Assembly: GCA_965368975.1 (NCBI GenBank)
Contig: CBDUPA010000020.1
Coordinates: forward strand, 50,939-114,938
Length of the DNA: 64,000 bases
Direction of reading: 5' to 3'
Origin: an uncultured bacterium
GTDB taxonomy: Bacteria; Acidobacteriota; Thermoanaerobaculia; Multivoradales; JAHZIX01
Of the stretch, positions 51,355 through 59,762 are shown one piece after another (the stretch's first letter is position 1; the number at the start of each line of letters is the position of its first letter). The position numbers were made by a program, and so were the translations under genes. The notes under the pieces are model-generated. The model did not search any database, was not told the origin of the DNA, and saw nothing but the letters and a program-made list of their open reading frames with translations.

Positions 51355-51711
51355 ATGGGCATCTTGGTACGAATCGTTCTCAACGGCATCGGCCTGCTGG
51401 TCACGGCCTACGTCGTGCCCGGCGTCGTCTACCACGGCAGCCTGGTCGGCTTGTTGGTGGCGGGTGTGGTGATTGGCTTGATCAACCTGCTGGTCAAGCC
51501 AGTGGTCAAGCTGCTGTCGCTGCCCTTCATCATCGTCACCCTGGGCTTGTTTCTGCTGTTGATCAATGGCGCCATGCTGATGCTGGCCGCGGCCGTGCTG
51601 CCGAACTTGACGATCAATGGGTGCTTGCCCGCGATTCTCGGAGGCTTGGTGATGGCGGTCTTCAACTGGGTCATCGAGGCCTTCACTGGAGACGATGACG
51701 ACGATGACTGA
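51355..51711 (+). CDS. 4-TM phage-holin-family-4 (YvlD-like) membrane protein
   Basis: GLINLLVKPVVKLLSLPFIIVTLGLFLLLING signature. Confidence 0.85.
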   Translation: MGILVRIVLNGIGLLVTAYVVPGVVYHGSLVGLLVAGVVIGLINLLVKPVVKLLSLPFIIVTLGLFLLLINGAMLMLAAAVLPNLTINGCLPAILGGLVMAVFNWVIEAFTGDDDDDD

Positions 51712-52471
51712 ATCGCAAGCCCACGCGGAATCGCGAGGCGACAGAGTCGCGGTCGTCACCGGTGCCAGTGCCGGCATCGGCGCGGCTACCGTGCGGGCGC
51801 TGACGGCCGCCGGATGGCGCGTCTATGCCGGTGCCCGACGCCTCGACAAGCTGCGTGAAGTGACGGGCGCCGCCGGGGCCGAGGCGCTGGAGCTCGACGT
51901 TGCCGACGACGCCAGCTGCACCGCCTTCGTCGAGCGGTTGCCAGAGCGCGTGCACCTGCTGGTCAACAACGCCGGTGTCGCCCACGGCCTCGACTCGATC
52001 GCCCAGGCGGACGTGGATGGCTGGCGCCGCATGTACGAAGTCAATGTGCTCGGCGTGCTGCGCCTGACGCGCGCGCTGTTACCGCGACTGGTCGCCAGCG
52101 GTGACGGCCTGGTGGTCAACATCGGCTCGATCGCTGGCTTCGAGACCTACCGCGGCGGCGGCGGCTACACTGCCACCAAGCACGCGCTGCGCGCTCTCAC
52201 GCGGACGCTGCGCGTGGAACTGCTCGGTCAGCCGGTGCGTGTCACCGAGATCGCGCCGGGTATGGTCGAGACTGAATTCTCCGTCGTGCGCTTCCACGGC
52301 GACAGTGAGCGGGCCGACTCCGTCTACCAGGGCATGCAGCCGCTGGTCGGGGACGACATCGCCGAGTGCGTCGTGTGGGTGGCCGAACGGCCGCCGCACG
52401 TCAATATCGACGAGATGGTGGTGCGGCCGCGGGATCAGGCGACGGCGACGGAGGTCCATCGCCGGTCCTGA
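51704..52471 (+). CDS. SDR oxidoreductase (YdfG-like)
   Basis: TGASAGIG, NNAG, YTATK, PGMVETEFS, PPHVNI. Confidence 0.9.
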   Translation: MTESQAHAESRGDRVAVVTGASAGIGAATVRALTAAGWRVYAGARRLDKLREVTGAAGAEALELDVADDASCTAFVERLPERVHLLVNNAGVAHGLDSIAQADVDGWRRMYEVNVLGVLRLTRALLPRLVASGDGLVVNIGSIAGFETYRGGGGYTATKHALRALTRTLRVELLGQPVRVTEIAPGMVETEFSVVRFHGDSERADSVYQGMQPLVGDDIAECVVWVAERPPHVNIDEMVVRPRDQATATEVHRRS

Positions 52472-52531
52472 GGCTGCACGACCCGCTTTTTCCGCGGAGC
52501 GAGGAGCCCGCGGTACATTCGAGGAGAGTCC

Positions 52532-52777
52532 ATGGATCCCCAGAAGATCAAGGAGACCTACCAGCGGCTGCAGAGCCTGGACGAGCGGTTGACCTACCGC
52601 GTCCGGCCGCGCGGCGGCTCCCTGACACGGCCGAGTTCGGACCAGCTGGAGGAGAAGATGCGTGACCTGGCCAACTACACGGTGGAGCTGAAAGAGATCG
52701 TCGACGACTTGATCGTCGGCATCGCGGCGCGGCCGTCGAGTGGTGCCGGTGGTCAAGGCGGCGGTCCGACGGGTTGA
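52532..52777 (+). CDS. Small hypothetical helical protein (81 aa)
   Basis: SD GAGGAG, high GC3, amphipathic helices. Confidence 0.7.
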   Translation: MDPQKIKETYQRLQSLDERLTYRVRPRGGSLTRPSSDQLEEKMRDLANYTVELKEIVDDLIVGIAARPSSGAGGQGGGPTG

Positions 52778-53122
52778 TTCCCGTCGTCCAGCCCAGGTGA
52801 CTCGGTACCTGTACCTGTACCTGGCACCTGCGAGGTGTGACAAGGGCGCAAACAACGATGCGCTCCACCAGCCCAGGCGTAGCGCCCTGGTAGCATCCAC
52901 TCCGTCACCGGTGGTAGCCTAGAAGCCTGCCGTTCCCACAGCATGATCGAGCGCGAGGAAGAAGCGAGCGCGAGGAAGATGATCAGCGCTGACGGGCAGA
53001 GCGGCCAAGGAACACACCAGACAAATTCCCACTGCAATCCTCGGACCTCGGTACGGCCGCGTGCCGAGCGTCCAATGCAAACTAGCGATCTGCAAACCAG
53101 TCCACAACCCTGGAGGCAAGAG

Positions 53123-56100
53123 ATGAACGGTCTATCCAAGGCCCTGTTAACCCTGGGTCTATTCGCCTGCCTGCTGATGGTGCCGTCGAGCGCCTTTACG
53201 CAGACCACGGGCGCCATCGCCGGTGAGGTGGTCGACGCCAACGGCGGTGCGCTGCCGGGTGTCGTCATCACGGCGATCAACGAGCCCACTGGCATTCGGT
53301 ACAGTGCCGTGAGCCGCGTCAACGGCCGCTTCGACATGCTCAACGTTCGCGTTGGCGGCCCTTACACCGTGACCTCGGAACTCGACGGTTTCAAGCCTGA
53401 CGAGGTCAAGGATGTCTTCGTGCGTCTCGGCGAGCCCGTCGAGCTGACGGTCACCCTGCAGCTGGCGACCATCACCGAAACCCTGAACGTCGTTGCGGAT
53501 GCCGACACGCTGATCAGCCCGTCGCGTACCGGTGCGACCTCCACGGTCAACGTGGTCCAGCTCGAGCGGCTGCCCACGGTCGACCGCAGCATCCAGGACT
53601 TCGCGCGCCTGAACCCCTACTTCTCCGAGACGCGCAACGGCACCCAGAAGGCCCTGAGCGTCGCCGGTCGCAACAATCGCTACAACAACATCCAGATCGA
53701 CGGTGCGGTCAACAACGACCTCTTCGGTCTGGCGGCCACCGGCACTCCGGGCGGTCAGGCAGAGACCCAGCCGATCTCCTTCGACACGATCCAGGAGCTG
53801 CAACTGCTGGTCTCGCCCTACGACGTGCGTCAGGGCGGTTTCTCGGGTGGTGGTATCAACGCTGTCACCAAGACCGGCAGCAACAAGTTCAGTGGTAGTG
53901 CTTACTACTACACGCGCGACCAGGATCTGGTCGGCGATGGTCCCAACGACCGGGAGTTCGGTACTTTCGAGCAGGAGCAGTACGGCGTCAGCATCGGCGG
54001 TCCGCTGGTCGAAGACAAGATCTTCTTCTTCGTCAACGGCGACATCTCCGAGCGTCAGACCCCGTCCGGTTGGTCGATCAACGGTAGCGGCAACCAGTTC
54101 GGCCAGGTCGACAACGTCAACCGCTTCCTGGGCATTCTGGGTAGCCAGTACGGCTACGTGCCCGGTGGGCTCGAAGAGTTCACCCGTGGTACCGACAGCG
54201 ACAAGATCTTCGCGCGTCTAGACTTCAACCTGTCGGACAAGCACCAGCTCACGCTGCGCCACAACTTCGTCGACGCGGTCAACGATGTTGGCCGTCCGAG
54301 TGGCAGTCGCTTCATCTTTGGCGACGGCTTCTACAACTTCGAGAGCGAAACCAACTCGACGGTGTTCCAGGTCAACAGTGTGTTCGGCCCCAACACCTTC
54401 AACGAGTTCCGCGTCAGCTTCCAGAGCGTCCAGGAGATGCGTGGTGGCCCCACTCGCTTCCCGAACGTCACCGTAGAGTTGCCGAATGGCGACGACCTGG
54501 TGGCGGGCCGCGAGCGCTTCTCGACCGCCAACTCGTTGGACCAAGACATCCTCGAGATCCACAATGACTTCACCTGGATCCGTGGTGATCACACCATCAC
54601 CATCGGTACCCACAATGAGTTGTTCGATTTCAACAACCTGTTCATCCGTGACAACTTCGGCAGCTACAGCTTCTACTCGCTGGACGATTTCGAGGCCGGC
54701 CGTGCTTACAGCTTCGATTACAGCTTCTCGGCCACCAGCGATCCCCAGCAGGCTGCCAAGTTCGATGTCCGCCAACTCGGTCTCTACGTGGGTGACCAGT
54801 GGCGGGTCAACGAGAACCTGAGCCTCACCTATGGTCTGCGTGTCGACATGCCGGACTTCCCGGATACTCCGACGCGCAACCCTGCCGCCGAGAACGTCTT
54901 CGGTCGTCGCACCAACATCACCGCCGGTGACGATCCGATCTTCTCGCCGCGCATCGGCTTCAACTGGGACCCCACTGGCGAGGGTCGCTCGCAGCTACGC
55001 GGTGGTGTGGGTCTGTTCGCGGGCCGTGCTCCGTACGTCTGGTTGTCCAACCAGTACTCGAACACCGGCATCGAGTTCACCCGAGTGAGCTCGTTCATCC
55101 CGGATAGCTCCTTCGGCCCGGACAACTTCATCAACTTCGTGGCCAACCCGGACGGCCAGCCGACCAGCGTCGGCAACGCGGCGACCAACGAGATCAACCT
55201 GGTGGATCCGAACTTCGAGCTGCCGCAGGTGCTGCGTTACAGCTTGGGCTACGACCACGAGTTCGACTTCTGGAACCTGCGCGGTACCGCCGAGGTGATC
55301 TACAGCGACACCCAGGAAGACATCCTGTACCAGAACCTGAACTGGGTGGAGTCCGGTCAGACCTTCTTCGACGGTCGTCCACTCATGACCCAGGTCGATC
55401 GCGACTTCCGCGACGTCATCTTCCTGACCAACACCAGCGAGGGTGATGCCTGGAACGCCGCGATCAAGATCGAGCGTCCTTTCCAGAAGGGCTTCTACGG
55501 CAGTGTTTCCTACGCCTGGGGCCAGAGCCGTTCGATCAACGATGGCACCTCCAGCCAGGCGCGCTCCAACTGGCGCTTCCTGTACGTCCAGGGCAACCCC
55601 AACGAGCCGACCTTGGCGCCCTCGAACTTCGATGTGGAACATCGTTTCAACATCGCGTTGTCCTACAACTTCGAGATCTTCAACGGCCTCTCCTCGACCG
55701 TCTCGGCGTTCTACAATGCCCAGTCGGGTCGTCCGTACTCGACCACCTTCTCCAACAGCGTCAACGGCGAGTTCGAGAGCAACGACCTGCTCTACGTGCC
55801 GGCGAGCGAGGGTGAAGTGGTTCTGGTCGGTGCTACCTGGGACGAGTTCAACTCCTACATCAACGCCGACGAAGGCCTGCGCGACGCGCGTGGCAGCATC
55901 GTCAAGCGCAATGCCAGCCGCGAGCCCTGGACTCACACCATGGACGTGCGCTGGGCGGTTCAGATTCCGGTCGCCGGTAGGGAGGTGGAACTCACCCTGG
56001 ACATCCTGAACTTCGGCAACCTGCTGGACAGCGATTCGGGCGTGATCCGTGAAACCAGATTCAACGAGGTGTCGCCGGTGCGCTTTGGCGGCCTCGCCGA

Positions 56101-56212
56101 AGATGGCCGTCCGATCTACCGGGTCAACTTCACCGATCCAGACGAGCGCTTCGACATCAACGACTTCTGGTCGCGCTGGCAGGCTCAGCTGGGTCTGCGC
56201 TTCCGCTTCTGA
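53123..56212 (+). CDS. TonB-dependent receptor, Oar-like, with N-terminal carboxypeptidase-regulatory-like domain
   Basis: Signal peptide, GEVVDANGGALPG, plug GGFSGGGINAVTKTG, C-terminal QLGLRFRF; SD GGAGG. Confidence 0.93.
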   Translation: MNGLSKALLTLGLFACLLMVPSSAFTQTTGAIAGEVVDANGGALPGVVITAINEPTGIRYSAVSRVNGRFDMLNVRVGGPYTVTSELDGFKPDEVKDVFVRLGEPVELTVTLQLATITETLNVVADADTLISPSRTGATSTVNVVQLERLPTVDRSIQDFARLNPYFSETRNGTQKALSVAGRNNRYNNIQIDGAVNNDLFGLAATGTPGGQAETQPISFDTIQELQLLVSPYDVRQGGFSGGGINAVTKTGSNKFSGSAYYYTRDQDLVGDGPNDREFGTFEQEQYGVSIGGPLVEDKIFFFVNGDISERQTPSGWSINGSGNQFGQVDNVNRFLGILGSQYGYVPGGLEEFTRGTDSDKIFARLDFNLSDKHQLTLRHNFVDAVNDVGRPSGSRFIFGDGFYNFESETNSTVFQVNSVFGPNTFNEFRVSFQSVQEMRGGPTRFPNVTVELPNGDDLVAGRERFSTANSLDQDILEIHNDFTWIRGDHTITIGTHNELFDFNNLFIRDNFGSYSFYSLDDFEAGRAYSFDYSFSATSDPQQAAKFDVRQLGLYVGDQWRVNENLSLTYGLRVDMPDFPDTPTRNPAAENVFGRRTNITAGDDPIFSPRIGFNWDPTGEGRSQLRGGVGLFAGRAPYVWLSNQYSNTGIEFTRVSSFIPDSSFGPDNFINFVANPDGQPTSVGNAATNEINLVDPNFELPQVLRYSLGYDHEFDFWNLRGTAEVIYSDTQEDILYQNLNWVESGQTFFDGRPLMTQVDRDFRDVIFLTNTSEGDAWNAAIKIERPFQKGFYGSVSYAWGQSRSINDGTSSQARSNWRFLYVQGNPNEPTLAPSNFDVEHRFNIALSYNFEIFNGLSSTVSAFYNAQSGRPYSTTFSNSVNGEFESNDLLYVPASEGEVVLVGATWDEFNSYINADEGLRDARGSIVKRNASREPWTHTMDVRWAVQIPVAGREVELTLDILNFGNLLDSDSGVIRETRFNEVSPVRFGGLAEDGRPIYRVNFTDPDERFDINDFWSRWQAQLGLRFRF

Positions 56213-56245
56213 GACCTGTCGATATCCTACGGGCCTCCTTCTGGA

Positions 56246-56295
56246 GGCAAGAAAACCGCGCCCGCCTGGGGGGGGGGGCGCGGTTTTTTCTTGCC
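56246..56295. terminator. Bidirectional intrinsic terminator
   Basis: aaaaccgcgccc...gggcgcggtttttt with A and T tracts on either side, between convergent genes. Confidence 0.85.
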
Positions 56296-56306
56296 TGTCG
56301 CGGGAT

Positions 56307-58991
56307 TCAGGGGCGCTGCAGAAGAGTTCGCAGGTACTGGCTCGCCAGCCAGGCGTAGAACCGTAAGAAGCCTGTCCAGCGGGCAGCCGCCGACCTGCAT
56401 TCCCTCAGCCGCAGGTCGCTGCGCCCCATCAAGCGTAGCTCGCCGGGAATCCCTGCGGCCTCGCTCGCATCTGGGGTTTCCGCCGACAGGGTGCCGAGGT
56501 GTGGAAGCCATCGCTGGCTGAGTGCGAGCGCGTCGCCGACGTCCAGGAACTCGAGGGCTCGGGCGAAGAGAGTCAGCCAGGTGATCTGCTGTGCCGGCGA
56601 CAACCGGCCGAGCGACGAGATCACCGTCACCGCGCCGCGGTCGAGCAACTGCTGGGGTAGCAGCAGGCCTGGACGGTCGCGCACGCGTCCCCAAAGATCC
56701 CACGTTGCCGGCAGGACGACCAAGCCGCAGGTTTCCAGCGGCAGGTGCAGAAGATCGGCTAGCGATTCCGGCTTCTCGGCCGTCCAGGCGAGAGCCAAGA
56801 AGTCCGAGTCCTGCCAGACAGCGCGAAACCGCTGCCAGCCCTCTGACTCGATCTGCACTAGCTGCAGCTCGCTGAAGTCTTCAAGGGCCTTGGTAACCGG
56901 GGTGCAGGTGGTGATCGGCAGCCCTGGTCCGACTGCCAGCATTGCTCGCGCTCGTGGCCGAGACGGTTGCCAATCGACCGCCTGAACCTGCACCGCTTCC
57001 TGGCCGCTGACCTGGATGCTGAGCCGGCAGTGCCGGGATAGAGACCACCGTTGCTGGAGCAGCTGGCGAAACGGAAGTCGGTACAGGATGCGATCCGGAA
57101 CGATTGCCAGGTCGTGCACCCTTTCCTGCTTCAAGGTCTGCAAGATGGTGGCAGGCAATAGCTGCCGGCTCAGTTCCCACAAGCGCTGTCGGCGTTCCCT
57201 ACCCTGCCCACGATGCAGGCGCCGGACTTGCTGGCGCAGCCAGTGGTGGGCCCCACCTGCTTTGCCCTCAGGGGGCAGGGGCTGTGCGTGCCACTGGAAG
57301 GTGGTACGCCCGTAGACGAAGATGAGGACGAAGCGGCGCACCAGGAAGAACTGCAGGATCAGACGGTGGGGTGCGATGGCCTGGCGCAGCTCGGCGATGG
57401 TCTTCGGTTCGGTATCCTCTGTCGTGCTGGAGATCGACGGCGTGTAGGCTAGGCCGTGGCTGTGACTGTCCTGCCATGTGCTGAAGCGGGCTTCCTCGAG
57501 TTCCAGCTGCAGATTCTGCTCGATGTAGTCGAGTACGAAGCGACCATAGGTGCCGCGCTGTTCCGTGGCCTTGGGACTGTCGCCGATATCCAGCGAGCTC
57601 TCGACGAGCAATTCCACCACGTGCTCGAACCGGGGAGCGATGCTGTGGCGCAGGGCCGTTTCCAGCAAGCTGCTACGGTTCATGGCGACGACGCGCGTGG
57701 CCAGGTACGCGGCCTGCGCCGCGTCCGCGGCTACCTCGCGCCAGCGGTCGTCGAAGTAGCGCGCGCGCAGCATCGCGCGCTGTTCGTAGGCCAGCAGTTC
57801 CAGGATCGGCAGGTTCAAGGCTTCCGCGGTCGACAGAACCTGATTGATCAGACCCTCGCAGGTCAGTGCCATTGCTGGCCCCTGCAACTGCAGTGTCAGG
57901 CGGATGCGCAGCAGGCGTAGTCGCAGATCCACTTCCGGTAGTTCACGGTAGCTGTCCTGGTTGATCGCTACCCGGCACTTGAGCAGTGCCCGCTCCGGAT
58001 CGCTCGCTGCCAGCGCGGTCAACTCGGCCAGGCCTGGCAGCCGGTCGGTCTCGGATTCGTTGAGGTCCGTCTCGACGGGCCGGGTCGCGTGCTTCAGCAG
58101 CAGGCGCGCCTGGTGTTGCCGCCAGGTGCGTTCCGCCGCCGACAGTACGTAGTTTTCCTGTTGGGACCAGGTGCGGCGGGTCAGCGGTGCCAGCTGGTCG
58201 GAAGTGTCCTGGATCTCCTGATCGAGTTCCGCGGGATTCTGCAGGTCGGCACAGGCGATCAGGGCGTGCAGACGAATCTGCAGGGCCGCCAACCGTAGAT
58301 CCGGGGCCGTGCTGTGCTGAAGTAGCGAGAGTTCGTCGAGCGCCGCGGCGTAGCGTCCACGCTTGAGCTCGTGCTCTGCGAGAATCAGGCGTAGCAGCGG
58401 CGGCAGCGGCTGGTTCAGGCGGCTCCAAGCTTCCTGAGCGCTGCGTGCCATGCGGTGGTGTTGGATCCAGGCTCCTTCTTCCGCCGCCAGCCGCAAACGC
58501 AGAGCCATGTTCTCGGTCGCGGCGTCGCCGAAGTTCGGGTCCGGCGGCGGTTGATCGGCGATACGGGCCCAGGCGGCGTGAGGGTTGCTGCTGATGCGGC
58601 GCATGTGGCGAGCCGCTTCCGTCTGCAGCACCAGGGCGGTGCGGCCGCTGGTGTGGGCCAAGGCCCTGTCTACCGTGCGAAGCGGTTCCAGCAAGCGCTG
58701 GGGCTCGCGGGTTCGTGCCAGTTGCACCAGAGCCAGCCATGGTTCAGCGATTGCGGTATTGTTGCCGTCGGAGCGCAACCAGGCTTCGAAAGCTGCCATC
58801 TGGCCTGGGTTGGTGGCGTGTCGGTAGATCTGTTCGAGGATCCGGCTCAGCTCCTCCTGTGCCTGCTCAGAGTCCACGCCGACGGCGAGGAAGTGTCGGG
58901 CACGGGTAAACAACTCCTCACGCGTCCGGGGAGCATGCCTGCCAAACTCGGGAGTTTGGAGCAGGATGTCCGGGACGGCGCGCGGATCCAT
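56307..58991 (-). CDS. Helical-repeat (TPR-like) protein with degenerate CHAT (caspase-like) domain
   Basis: IAELRQAI...LQFFL, LAIVPDRILYRLPFRQL, LVVLPAT, LLDRGAVTVISSL follow CHAT motif order; ATG overlaps the upstream stop. Confidence 0.68.
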   Translation of the reverse strand: MDPRAVPDILLQTPEFGRHAPRTREELFTRARHFLAVGVDSEQAQEELSRILEQIYRHATNPGQMAAFEAWLRSDGNNTAIAEPWLALVQLARTREPQRLLEPLRTVDRALAHTSGRTALVLQTEAARHMRRISSNPHAAWARIADQPPPDPNFGDAATENMALRLRLAAEEGAWIQHHRMARSAQEAWSRLNQPLPPLLRLILAEHELKRGRYAAALDELSLLQHSTAPDLRLAALQIRLHALIACADLQNPAELDQEIQDTSDQLAPLTRRTWSQQENYVLSAAERTWRQHQARLLLKHATRPVETDLNESETDRLPGLAELTALAASDPERALLKCRVAINQDSYRELPEVDLRLRLLRIRLTLQLQGPAMALTCEGLINQVLSTAEALNLPILELLAYEQRAMLRARYFDDRWREVAADAAQAAYLATRVVAMNRSSLLETALRHSIAPRFEHVVELLVESSLDIGDSPKATEQRGTYGRFVLDYIEQNLQLELEEARFSTWQDSHSHGLAYTPSISSTTEDTEPKTIAELRQAIAPHRLILQFFLVRRFVLIFVYGRTTFQWHAQPLPPEGKAGGAHHWLRQQVRRLHRGQGRERRQRLWELSRQLLPATILQTLKQERVHDLAIVPDRILYRLPFRQLLQQRWSLSRHCRLSIQVSGQEAVQVQAVDWQPSRPRARAMLAVGPGLPITTCTPVTKALEDFSELQLVQIESEGWQRFRAVWQDSDFLALAWTAEKPESLADLLHLPLETCGLVVLPATWDLWGRVRDRPGLLLPQQLLDRGAVTVISSLGRLSPAQQITWLTLFARALEFLDVGDALALSQRWLPHLGTLSAETPDASEAAGIPGELRLMGRSDLRLRECRSAAARWTGFLRFYAWLASQYLRTLLQRP

Positions 58992-59725
58992 CAGGAGAGT
59001 CCGTGCTCGACGCTCAGCTGTGTGATCTCGGGCTGCTTCAGTTGTCGGGCCAGCAGGTCGCCAAGCGCATAGACCAGGATGGCCCACAACATGCCGATCC
59101 CCAGGCTCAGGACTGCGCCGACCCAGGCTCGCAACGACGCTGAGTCTCCGATCAACTGTGCGAGCTTGCGCACCAAGTCATCACCCCGCAGGATGTCGAT
59201 CCACTCCGGTGATGCCCAGGGTGTCAGCTGCGTGATCGCCAGCGCACCGATCTCATACCCGTCCCCTGTGATAGCGACGATCGGCGCCAGCGCCATGGGC
59301 AAGACAAGGCCGAACAGCAAGCTGCTGCGCCGGTCTGCCGCGATGCGCAGCAAACAAACGCCAGGGAAAACCGTCAAGAGATACGGGCCGAGGACGGTGA
59401 CCAGGTAGATCAGGTCGCTGCCGCGATCGTCGAAGTCTTCGAGGCGGCCGGCATAGTCCCCGCCCGCCGTCACATACGGCAGCCACTCGGCCAGCAGCGA
59501 GCCGCCATAGATCGGCTGGATCTCCAGACGGAACACTTCACCGCCGGCGAGCTGGCAGGCCCATGCGTGCAGCAGTTCGTGGATCGGTACGTAGATCCAC
59601 CAACCGACGAGCACACCTGCACAAACCCATATCAGGTGCCTCCAGCCGGCAGTCAAACATCGATCCAGGCCGTGGAACGTGTCGGTCAGGGGGCGGCTCA
59701 GGATGCTGTACAGAAGGGGGTTCAT
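58991..59725 (-). CDS. Membrane-embedded HExxH metalloprotease-like protein (M50/DUF3267-like)
   Basis: TM-YVPIHELLHAWAC, LGP motif, later TGDG candidate third ligand, several TM helices. Confidence 0.72.
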   Translation of the reverse strand: MNPLLYSILSRPLTDTFHGLDRCLTAGWRHLIWVCAGVLVGWWIYVPIHELLHAWACQLAGGEVFRLEIQPIYGGSLLAEWLPYVTAGGDYAGRLEDFDDRGSDLIYLVTVLGPYLLTVFPGVCLLRIAADRRSSLLFGLVLPMALAPIVAITGDGYEIGALAITQLTPWASPEWIDILRGDDLVRKLAQLIGDSASLRAWVGAVLSLGIGMLWAILVYALGDLLARQLKQPEITQLSVEHGLS

Positions 59726-59762
59726 GGCAGCGGCACGTTCATGATCGGGGCGTCGCCTGGGC

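Noticed and set aside
51355-51711. Prophage suggested by the holin-family gene
   Set aside because: This family is commonly chromosomal; no phage genes, integrase or att sites nearby
56268-56278. G11 homopolymer as a contingency locus
   Set aside because: It lies within an intergenic terminator hairpin, not in a coding or promoter spacer
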